Assembly: GCF_021869535.1 (NCBI RefSeq)
Contig: NW_026262701.1
Span: 48,918,001 to 48,982,000, forward strand
Direction of reading: 5' to 3'
Source: Mytilus californianus
Taxonomy: Eukaryota
DNA: 64,000 bases
Shown here: one piece after another, positions 26,999 to 37,173 of the stretch
Numbering within the stretch: position 1 is the first letter of the stretch
Layout of the letters: every line of letters starts with the position of its first letter
Notes under the pieces: model-generated
Database searches by the model: none
What the model was told of the DNA's origin: nothing
Seen by the model: the letters and a program-made list of their open reading frames with translations, nothing else
Made by a program: the position numbers and the translations under genes

Positions 26999-27780
26999 AC
27001 ATCGCGATGACCTTGAGGTCATCCCGATGTATTGCTATCGCCTAGATTTCCATTATGTAAATTAGTTTTGGGTTTGTAACCGATCTATAAACATGATAAA
27101 TACGCGCACATAAACGAGTGCAAAATAACATTCCTTATCGTTTGATATAAATACATCTCTTCAATGAATACTGATAAAAATATTTTTGTTTACAACATAA
27201 ATTAATAATATGAAAATGTTTTGTAGTTAGATATATATATATAAGTAAAAAATCATTGATAATATCAATGCACACGTACCGAAAAATTGTGTTAAAGCAT
27301 GCGGAAGAATATCTCAAAGAACGTTTTGTGAAAATACCGTCAAGGACCGGTAACTCTGTAATTGATTTTGCGGGAAAATATGAATGCCTACTCGTATCCA
27401 ATCTTAGAAAAATCGAATTTTTACAGAAAAGTGTCCACCAAGCACTTGCATTGCACTATTTTTAGAATAGTAGAATAGAATGATATACAAATGGATTCAA
27501 ATCATATATATATATGTAACTGTTATTTTAATATAATATAAACAACAACTCAGTGTATACTGATTTGTATCACTACAATATAATAGTTATTACGGTGAAG
27601 TTGAATTTCCTGTCATTTATTCATCATCCACGCACGAACTTGTCTCAGAAAAAAATATATCTCTGTACATTAACCTCAGTTTTAGGTAAAGAGATATGTT
27701 GTTTTTTTCTGAGACAAGTGCTTTTGACCATCCTCAAGAACTTGTGGTCATCCGATGTTCAGTACTTCAGTACTTTGATT
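26999..27780. mobile_element. 782-bp insertion specific to unit B (possibly a non-autonomous Helentron-like element)
   Basis: Empty site GATTTTT|ATACTC at ~16127 in unit A. Inserted in a T-run with no TSD; short hairpins and a shared TTG(A/T)GGTCATCC(C)GATGT motif near both ends. Confidence 0.6.
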
Positions 27781-30321
27781 ATACTCGTTATTGGTTTTTG
27801 TATATTGTGCTGTTACCCCACTGCCTCTGGTTAGGGGAGGGTTGCTATGCGGTATGGGTTTAATTTTGCTCTTTGTTGAAGGACGTACGGTGTCCTATCG
27901 TTGCGAACAATCTACGTCATTTGTTCTTTAGTGGAGAATTGTCTCAATGTCCAGCATACCATATCTTCTTATTTTCATATCAAATGTATATATGGTGTCG
28001 TTTATTTCAAGTCAATGGGATAGACAACAAATTTATTCACTTTACAATGAATTATTCGATGAAATGACATCATCTACATGTATTTAGCGGATCGTGTAGA
28101 ATAAAGGTCAATGTCAGCTTCACTTAATTGTACTTGAAAAGGTCCTCAATGAAGTGTTTCTCATAATAAGCATAAAAACACCGCTGCATGAAAAAGAGCA
28201 CGCCTAGTATCGAAAAACATTTGATTGTTGAATAACACGCTCTTCGAACGTTACCAATATGTTGTCCAATAATAAACGAGCATTTTGATGGTGTCTGTTT
28301 CAGAAAACATTTTATTTAAATCAGAATTTTATTTTTGCAAAGTATAATGTCTGCCTTGCTAAGAAAAGATATTAGTACTTGCGATTGCCATTTGTTTGTA
28401 TGAAACAAAACTTAAATATTTTATCAACCTCTTCTTTCAAAGCCTAGAATGAAGAATACTTATGTATGGGTACATAATTTAAATATTTTCAAACTATTGC
28501 ACGAGTACGCTGAGGGACAATGTTACAAAATATCGCTAGTGCCTCAAAATACATTAATTAATACGGTATAACTAAGTATACTGTTCTTTTTCTCAAATAC
28601 ATTTCAGAGAAAAATAAAAATCCAGAGTTTTTTTCAAATGGTGTGACACTTAAGTATTATTCTGACCATATCACAGTTGTAATGTATAGTCCGCTATTGC
28701 TCTCGCGTCCTCACGGCCCCTGCAAGTCCTAAGAAATACCGTCAGACGTCAGGGCTGTCTCGGACAAGCTGTAATAAAGTTGCAGATTAATGCCATTTCT
28801 TCTTTCATTCACGTCCCTCAAATGATCAATTAAGTATTTATTAAGAGAATTTCAGAAAAACACGAATTTTGGGAAATTCCTCCCTAACACACAAGCCTTG
28901 TAAAATTTAGGGTTTTATATTTACTTTTTTTTAAATCCCTCCGTAAACTAATCGTTTCCATTTAAAATAATTATGCTTTCAAAATGATTTTGTGTAATTA
29001 ACGATATTGAATTATTTTTATGAAATTTTCAAAAATGTTGAAAAAATAAACAAATTAAAATTACTTGAATAATGGGCAGAGAGTAGAAGAACTTACTCCC
29101 TAATCGTAATTAACACACATGTAGTAACAATTAACTTGACTAAAACAACATCGAAATTGCATGTGTCTGCTCTTAACAATACCAAGTACCTATTAAGTAA
29201 AATACTTACAACTCGTTAAGTACTTGTCTTTTTTATTTTCTCACCTTTTATAATTTGGCATTTGAAATATTATAAATATTGCAGAATTTTCTAATATTTT
29301 ATCATTTGTTCATAGAGAATTGAAATAGAAGAAATCAATTCATGTACGAGAAAAGCAAGTTTTTAAAGAAAGACGGGAAATTTTATTCGTTATTATCAAT
29401 TTTTCACAAAGTAAGTTTTATCAATAAATTTTCTTTTAAAACCATTTTTTTTCTCCATATTTTTCATGTGGGGGCCTTTTTAGCAGACTATACGGTATGG
29501 GTTTCTCTCATTGTTGAAGACCGTACGGTTAACTATAATTGCTTACATCCACTTCATTTGAACTTTGGTGAATAGTTGTCTCATTGGCAATCATACCACA
29601 TCTCCTTATTTTTATTATAATCGAACACGAAAAAGTATTGATATAAATTTATACATTTGAAAAGGGGCAGAATTTTATGATAACTGCTAAAATAATTATA
29701 TTAATCATAATTATGATTATTGTTATTCCTGTTGTTTTTTTCCATTGTAATGTCTTTTCTCTTACATCCACTTTGTATAATGACATTTTTACATCTGCAC
29801 AATTGTATGACATTACACATCTTAAATTCATCTTATATTCTTAGACTGAATGCAACTACCTCGTAAAGACAAAAGTTTTTAAGACTCGATGCAAATATAC
29901 TCTTGCTACCTTGAAGTTAATGACTAATCTTAGGTAGATATTAATCTTAAAGTTAAAGATTTCAGAGATCCAATCATTAAACACAATATAAATAAAACAG
30001 ATTATCGCAGATAACTGACTTTTATGATATTTGTAGATACAAATTTCCTAACCCTATGGTTCTAATATTTAAAAGATTAACTTTAAAGACATTTTAAGGT
30101 GAAGCATCTTGAAATGTACACCCTGCAGACGTCAATTATGTGATTTACCGTTCGTTTACAATATTTTACAACATTATTTCGGTTATTTCTTGGTATCACA
30201 CAAATCTACCTGTATGACAATGGAATATACAATATAATTAATCATAATTATATCTAATAAAAGGTATTACAAATGTTAAGATGTAATTGAGATGAAGAAT
30301 ATGATTATTTTCGGCTCAGAA

Positions 30322-30355
30322 TATAAATAGTTGGCGATTACAATTTGTAGTCATT
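30322..30355 (+). promoter_or_regulatory. Putative TATA + Inr core promoter of the intact Cdc25
   Basis: TATAAATA at 30322-30329 and TCATT with its A at 30353 (31-nt spacing). The same spacing is kept in the diverged minus-strand copies. Confidence 0.55.
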
Positions 30356-30402
30356 TTCTGTCTGACATCTGTCATTACTAATACTGTCTGGTCACAATTA
30401 AA

Positions 30403-30415
30403 ATGTTCGAAAAAA
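30403..30415 (+). CDS. cdc25: Cdc25 phosphatase, coding exon 1 (MFEK+)
   Basis: ATG TTC GAA AAA A|GTAAGT, conserved in all three copies; splices in frame (A|TA = Ile) to exon 2. Confidence 0.78.
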
Positions 30416-30690
30416 GTAAGTTTACTTATTAAACAATGATAATCAATTCAAATATTTTTAAGTTTATTTAAATATAAGGTACTATATATGTCTCTGGTAA
30501 TAATAATATTATTTATTATTAAGCATGACTTTTTTTTGTACAGTATCTGCAACGACGCAATCGAGAAACATTCATCGATGAAAAAAAGCTTCGTTGATAT
30601 AACACAACACTTTCATTTTCATATTAACGCTTTTCTACTTGCACACCGTATATTTCCATATACACAGCAACACAACTTTAACTGAACTAA

Positions 30691-30916
30691 GACGAAAACT
30701 ATAACATTGCAGGTCACCGTTTTACCATACCATCAACCACGATATAAAAAAATACCAAGACGCACCGCAAGACATGTAATACTGAAAAAAGGAAATCTGA
30801 AATAAAACTAGAAAGAGAAATCCAAAAGGCTAACTGAAGTAAATTACTTGAAACGAAAATTAAATGTAAAAAAAAGACGACGTGCATTGTTTGAGTTGCA
30901 ATATGTGTTTGAACTC
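30691..30916. repeat. Direct repeat R1 (partner R2 at 32695-32918)
   Basis: Shared blocks ATAACATTGC(A/G)GGTCACCGT, AGACGCACC(G/T)CAAGACATG and GAAAGAGAAATCCAA(A/C)AGG; roughly 75% identical. Confidence 0.8.
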
Positions 30917-31003
30917 TGGTTCTCTCCGGGCACTCCGGCTTACTCCACCAATAACAACTGACCGCCACGAAATAGCACAATAGTGTTGAAAGTGGCGTTA
31001 AAC

Positions 31004-31035
<32 letters not shown>
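30917..31035 (+). mobile_element. 5'-truncated SINE (V-domain-like) in the Cdc25 intron
   Basis: TCTCCGGGCACTCCGGCTT..CTCCACC core and (CAAT)n tail; 14-bp TSD ATGTGTTTGAACTC at 30903-30916 and 31036-31049. Confidence 0.8.
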
Positions 31036-31037
<2 letters not shown>

Positions 31038-31151
31038 GTGTTTGAACTCAACAAAAGCATTTATAATTACACTTAAAATAAAATTCAATCACAAACTGTT
31101 CCATTGAGGATCGTATGAAGAGATTTCCCCATTAAAACTACTAACTATAAA

Positions 31152-31310
31152 AACGGAGATGTGGTATGATTGCCAATGAGACAACTATCCATCAAAGTTA
31201 AAATGAAGTGGATGTAAGCAATTATAGGAAACCGTACGGCATACAACAATGAGAAAAACCCATACCGTATAGTCGGCTATAAAAGGCCCCGACATGAAAA
31301 ATATGAAACT
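31152..31310 (+). repeat. Short interspersed repeat family (AGATGTGGTATGATTGCCAATGAGACAAC...)
   Basis: At least 10 related copies in the window, e.g. ~8770, 12475, 15040, 23390, 25917 (+) and ~16300, 17950, 27960, 29590, 41900, 46430 (-). Confidence 0.75.
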
Positions 31311-31407
31311 AGTTCGTATTTTTACATTGATTGTTCAGGCCACCTACAAGTAAATAAAACCTATTCAATTGTAGAAAAAAAATATTTATTGTTTTTCTTT
31401 ATTTCAG

Positions 31408-32357
31408 TAAATGAGATGGATTGTTTAACCGGAGATAACTGTCACCACAAAGTTCCAAGAACTCCAGACTTTATAAAAAGCTTGTTCGACGAAGATTCCG
31501 GACTTGGTATGGACTTTAATGCATTTGACGATTCACCGACACTGAGTCTGTTCAATTCAGAACTTAGCTCAAAGAGAAAAAGAGCCGACAAATTAGACAC
31601 TAATACTGACTCTGATACTCCTGTATCTTACAGCAAGAAAAGATACATCAGATCTCAAAAACTTTTACTGAAAAAATCTTTGTCTTTCGATGCTCAGATT
31701 CTCAGTACCAGTAAAGACTTGTCAACTGACGCCAGCAAGCACAATGACATTAAAACAGAAGACGTCTTAGTTCAAGCCGCCGTACTCACTGGAGATGGAA
31801 AAGAAGTATGTTGTTTACAAACCGTTCAGGGGCACTGTCATGACCTAAGATACATAACTCCAGCCACCATGAATGATGTTTTAAACGGGAAATACGAGCA
31901 TACAATTGGCAGCTTTCGTATAATTGACAGTAGATACTCGTATGAGTTTGAAGGTGGTCACATACGAGGCGCTGAAAATATTCATAACAAGGACGATATT
32001 TTAGAACTATTAAAAAATCCAAATACATCCCGCTCAGATGGAAAGCGTGACATAATTATTTTCCATTGTGAGTTTTCTTCCGAGAGAGGACCAAAAATGT
32101 GCCGCTTTCTCCGTAATCATGACAGAGAATTAAATGCTGAAAATTATCCTTCCCTGTATTTTCCTGAACTTTATATTCTAAAGGGAGGATACAAAGATTT
32201 TTATGGAAGTTATAAGACATTATGTACTCCAATGGATTACGTTCCAATGTTGAGCAAAGATCACAAAGACGATTTGCGTCATTTCCGGTCCAAATCTAAA
32301 TCATGGTATGCTGGCCAAAAACGACTGAAATCTTCCTCCGGTCGATTGTTCTATTGA
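31408..32357 (+). CDS. cdc25: M-phase inducer phosphatase (Cdc25), coding exon 2; spliced protein 320 aa
   Basis: Uninterrupted ORF with IIDSRYSYEFEGGHIRGA, catalytic HCEFSSERGP (Cys at 32067-32069), YPSLYFPELYILKGGY and C-terminal FRSKSKSW. N-terminal DSG, TP/SP and basic KRKR motifs. Polypyrimidine tract and AG acceptor at 31406-31407. Confidence 0.96.
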
Positions 32358-32694
32358 CATGAAAATAATAGTGCTAAATCTGTATTTAATTGTACCAATT
32401 GTATATAAAATTAAATTATATCATAGTATAAGTTTCATGGTGCGTGTTCATGTTTTTTAGTCCATAAAACATTCTGAAACAAAAGAATGAATAATGTAGT
32501 TTTAAACTATGTCAAAAGAATATATTCGAAGAAATAGCTTGTTTTTTAAATTGACTCTAGTATCCGGCTAAGGATAACTCACTGTATCTTCTACTTGTTT
32601 CACTTGAAATTCCTTTGTGTCAGTCATCTTTACTAAGATGTATACCGCGACTGCAAATCTCGCTCACTGAAAATACATACATTGCATACCAAAG

Positions 32695-32918
32695 GACGAG
32701 AACAATAACATTGCGGGTCACCGTATTACCAACATTTCAGATAAAAAACAAAGAGACGCACCTCAAGACATGCCGTAATGAAAAATAAGAAAACAAAATG
32801 TGAAACAAAACTGGAAAGAGAAATCCAACAGGATAACCGAAGTAACCAAATGTAAAAGAAAGATATTATGAACCGTTTGGGTTGTAATAGATATATACTT
32901 ATTTTGTGGACTCAACCT
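32695..32918. repeat. Direct repeat R2 (partner of 30691-30916)
   Basis: See R1. Confidence 0.8.
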
Positions 32919-33931
32919 GTAAGTCTCAAGACTTTCTTCTTTATTCAGCTATACATATTTATATATATATATTCTCTTTGAGCGCTTTCGTGTTTTCGAA
33001 AGATTTACATCGGTATATTTTTAGAACAAGGGACACCACATATTTTGATTAATTATTCGGAAGCAGAAACTAATCACGTAATTCTACATTGCGATTAAAA
33101 ATACCATTGAATTATTCCTTCGGGTGAACGTTGTCATAACTGAGTTAAATTTAATGTTATCTCTGTCATCAAAAGGTTTACATTCACCATCATGATTGAT
33201 TGACCGACGTGGAATATTGGTGTAAAAAATATTCCATTTGTTGTGGCCACGCTACAAGATTTAACTTTCCATCGACACTCAACGGGTTCCATTATTAAAG
33301 CGGAAACTAATTGACCTTCTTGAGCACCTCAATTTAAATTTACCCACAGTTTAAGTTTAAAATCGTTGTTTTTCTGTGTGGCGTTTTATGCTCTTTATTT
33401 TTTATGATTTTAACCCACATATCCCTAATTTGGTAAAATTGCATCTCTGCTTTTGTGTGTAATATTAATAGAATATAACCATTAAGTTGGAAATCATCTT
33501 TCAATTTACCGTAGAAACACGTCACGACAATTGTAACCACACATTCAGGTCTATAACGAACTCAAACTCGATAATAATAATTGTTTTTTCCTATTAGTAA
33601 ATAAATATATTTTTCGTGTTTTTTTTCAAAGCAATTTGTGAAATGATAGGTGGGTAAAATAATAGTTGAAACTTTCTGCAAACTTCATTTTTTGAGGAAT
33701 TGAAAAAAATCATTTTTGGTACACATTGGATTTTGCCATCTCCATATGAAGGTCTCTGCATGCTGCAGTTTAAGCCGCAACACGAAAGAATACATAAAGA
33801 TGTTTCTAGAGTAAGAAAATGAATTTTTTGATGCAGTTAATTGGAGATAAGAACAGTTACTTATATACCTACTCCTGCATATGTCTTTCTTACGACCATT
33901 TATTCTGTTCACCTTAAAATCATTAATACAT

Positions 33932-34920
33932 ATTGGTCACTGAACTAAATCATTGACGTAAGTTGGTAACTGTAGTAAATCATTGACGTATGTTGGTAAC
34001 TGTACTAAATCATTGACGTATGTTGGTTACTGTACTAAATCATTGCACATGACGCATATTGGTTACTGTGCTAAATCATTGCACATGACGTATATTGGTC
34101 ACTGAACTAAATCATTGACGCATGTTGGTTATTGTACTAAATCATTGACGTATGTTGGTTACTATACTAAATCATTGCACATGGCGCATATTGGTTACTG
34201 TATTAAATCATTGACGAGTGGCTGCTAGCTTGACCCTAGCACTAAATCATTGACGCATGTTGATTACTGAACTAAATCATTAATGCAGGTTGGTTACTGT
34301 ACTAAATCATTGACGCATGTTGGTTACTGTACTAAATCATTGACGCATGTTGGTTACTGTACTAAATCATTTACGCATTTTGGTTACTGTACTAAATCAT
34401 TGACGCATGTTGATTACTGAACTAAATCATTAATGCAGGTTGGTTACTGTACTAAATCATTGACGCATGTTGGTAACTGTACTAAATCATTGACGCATGT
34501 TGGTAACTGTACTAAATCATTGACGCATGTTGGTTACTGTACTAAATCATTGACGCATGTTGGTTACTGTACTAAATCATTTACGCATTTTGGTTACTGT
34601 ACTAAATCATTGACGCATGTTGATTACTGAACTAAATCATTAATGCAGGTTGGTTACTGTACTAAATCATTGACGCATGTTGGTAACTGTACTAAATCAT
34701 TGACGCATTTTGGTTACTGTGCTAAATTGTTGATGCATGTTGGTTACTGTACTAAATCATTGACGTATGTTGGTTACACTGTACTAAATCATTGAAGCAT
34801 GTTGGTTACTGTACTAAATCATTGACGCATGCTGGTTACTGTACTGAATCATTGACGTATGTTGGTTACTGTAATTAATCATTCACGCATGCTGTTTACT
34901 GCACTTAATCATTGATACAT
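33932..34920. repeat. 30-bp minisatellite, about 32 units
   Basis: Consensus TTGGTTACTGTACTAAATCATTGACGCATG, with some 35-bp variants and recurring diagnostic units. Confidence 0.97.
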
Positions 34921-35359
34921 ATTTACCGTATCTTCTATAATTAATTATAATACATCTGAATCTTTAGTAAAAGTAGGTGTTTTGGTTTTCCCATGCAAAA
35001 AAGTTTTTCAAGCAAAGCTTTGTCCATATATTGCTAAACATACAAATACAACATTAATTCTATGCGAACTGATAATTGGGATGGGTAGTATCTGAGGATA
35101 TTTCTGACATTTATAATAGAGAGAACTTGGTTCAGTTTTGTAAAAAGTATAACATATATATATATATGTATATACTCTTAATATCTCAATAACTTGATAT
35201 ATATTTAAAACTTGCAATGTTCTTGTACCATTCATTGTCCATAAGCCGTTTAATTGAAATACGTACGAAGAAAAAAATTGACGGTAGCAACTCAAGAAGC
35301 TGGAGAAGAAAATTTTCCCTTAAAAAAAACAAAACAAAGAAAAGCGATAAATGGCATTA

Positions 35360-35660
35360 TTATACCCCTCTTTTCAAGCGGGCAATATATGCATAAAGTG
35401 ATATGGGTGTTCATCCGCTCGTTTGCCCGTCCATTTGTTCATTCGTCCATCCGTCCTAATTTTGTTTCTACCTCTTTAACCAAACATCATGATTGATTTT
35501 TGTGAAAATGTCCCAGAATTTTTACCATATAATGTAATTGTGCACCGCCTAAATTTTTTTTTATCTGAATTATTGATTGGGTTCCCCGTAGCAAATAATT
35601 TTTCTTGCATTATCAGGAGAATACTCACATTGTATCTGCAACTGCTTCTCTAAGTTAGAA
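35360..35660. mobile_element. Non-autonomous element with CCGT/CCAT microsatellite (HINE/CvA-like)
   Basis: TTATACCC start, short hairpin, then GTCCATCCGTCC-type repeats; similar layout at ~54695-55000. Confidence 0.4.
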
Positions 35661-35988
35661 TTATTGAAAACTTTTTAGAATCAGAATCTCTTTTTTAACC
35701 GTTTTTTTGTTTTTTTTTGTTGGTTGAAGCAGACGGTCCCGTTAGCAAATTATACATTACAAGGTGTCCACGCTTCCCTTACAAGGATCTGACAACACTC
35801 CGTCCTACTTTCTGTTCTGTTTAATTTGATATAATTACATTACATGTATGTTTCATTATAATACGTTATGAAAATGAAATGTAATATTCATGATGACACG
35901 AGCTTCAACAATAAAGTGCACAGGTAAATAAAAGAAAAAACTTGATAGAAATCGTGTTTTCATGATCCTAGCCAAAAAATGTAGTTAT

Positions 35989-36152
35989 AAGTATTGAATG
36001 CTTCTTTTAGTAATTTTATAGGGTTGTAAAAGCGTTGACCGTGGGCACATTTTTAGAATGAAGCGCTTTCGCTTCAGCGCTTCACACAAAAGTACTTCGG
36101 TCAACGCTTTTACAACCCAATAAATTTACAAAAATAAGCATTCAATTCTTAA
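35989..36152. mobile_element. Foldback/palindromic MITE
   Basis: About 52-bp imperfect arms (..GGGTTGTAAAAGCGTTGACCG / CGGTCAACGCTTTTACAACCC..) around an inner GAAGCGCT..AGCGCTTC hairpin. Confidence 0.75.
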
Positions 36153-36235
36153 ATCAACCAATGACATTTTTGCCTCCAAATTTTTGAAGGTTTGTAGCAT
36201 TACAATAAAACATTTGGACCCCAAAAGGTCTTTAA

Positions 36236-36625
36236 GGATGTTCGCTCCTCTGTTTAAAAATAACAAGATTTTTAAATGATTGTTATAAATTGATAGTATA
36301 TAAATAACAGAAATTAAAAAGCAGAAAAAAATGATAGGTCCGTGACCTTGTTTTCGAGATATAATCAATTGAAAATTTGGCGGGAAATGATTCTCTCTAG
36401 ATTTTTCATACATTTAACATTGGCACCTTTTTTCTTTCAAAAACTATGAAAAAATAACAAGGATTTTATAAGATTTTCATAAATGGCTTGTCAAACTACA
36501 TGTATTAAAATTATGAACAGAAAAGTAGGGGTTAGCGGGAATTTTTTTTATTGGCAATACATGGATAAAACTAGAGGATTCCGAATATCTGACAAAAAAG
36601 TCAAAAACAAGAGTAGCAAACATCC
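36236..36625. mobile_element. MITE with TTAA target duplication
   Basis: TTAA|GGATGTTCGCTCCTC ... GAGTAGCAAACATCC|TTAA. Confidence 0.75.
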
Positions 36626-37173
36626 TTAAAACAAAAAGTAGAATGGAGCGTTTTCAGATCCTTGTTAAGCGAAGCGTCGGCAGATGATCTGTATTCTAGT
36701 CAGATTACTTTAAGTTTTAATATTACAGATATTGTTATTTTCGGTCAATTTTATAATATTCACATTTCGTTACTGAGAGCTTGATAAAGACACCTGCCTT
36801 GAAGTGCTGATTTCTATATCTATTCGTTGTGTACATAAAATAGATAACACAAAACACAAACATATCCCATAATACACCAGACCACCAACACTTTACTCTT
36901 CAGAAAATTAGATATACAAATAAAGACGAACAACAACAAACAACACAATGGTCTGGATAACCTAATTTGGTACTGGTACAAAATGTAGTGGGATTCGTCC
37001 AGTTTTACGTACGCACCAACCTCTTCTAACGTCTGGTAGAAATTGGGACGTTTACTCCAAGGTAAATGCTTGGATAGTGCAATATATAGCGAAACGCACG
37101 TTTATAAAACTAACCACTACAGGTACAAAATCTAAAAGTTGTTGAACTCTACTGAAGTCTGAATATTAAAAAT

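Larger units (their letters stand above)
21962..30223. repeat. Segmental duplication unit B
   Basis: Direct homolog of 11232-20671. It carries a private 782-bp insert and lacks the A segment 18359-20414. Confidence 0.95.

Noticed and set aside
31389-31415. TTG start of the ORF track, and an out-of-frame ATG at 31411
   Set aside because: The TTG is in the polypyrimidine tract; after splicing the ATG at 31411 is internal to the CDS, not an upstream ORF.
33000-33340. Minus-strand peptide HDGECKPFDDRDN, loosely like a fibrinogen-domain motif
   Set aside because: The flanking FReD motifs are absent and frames are interrupted.
34433-34630. Repetitive ORF (VGYCTKSLTH)n, and the 30-bp array as a possible CRISPR
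   Set aside because: It is a translation of the minisatellite; there are no unique spacers and the context is eukaryotic.
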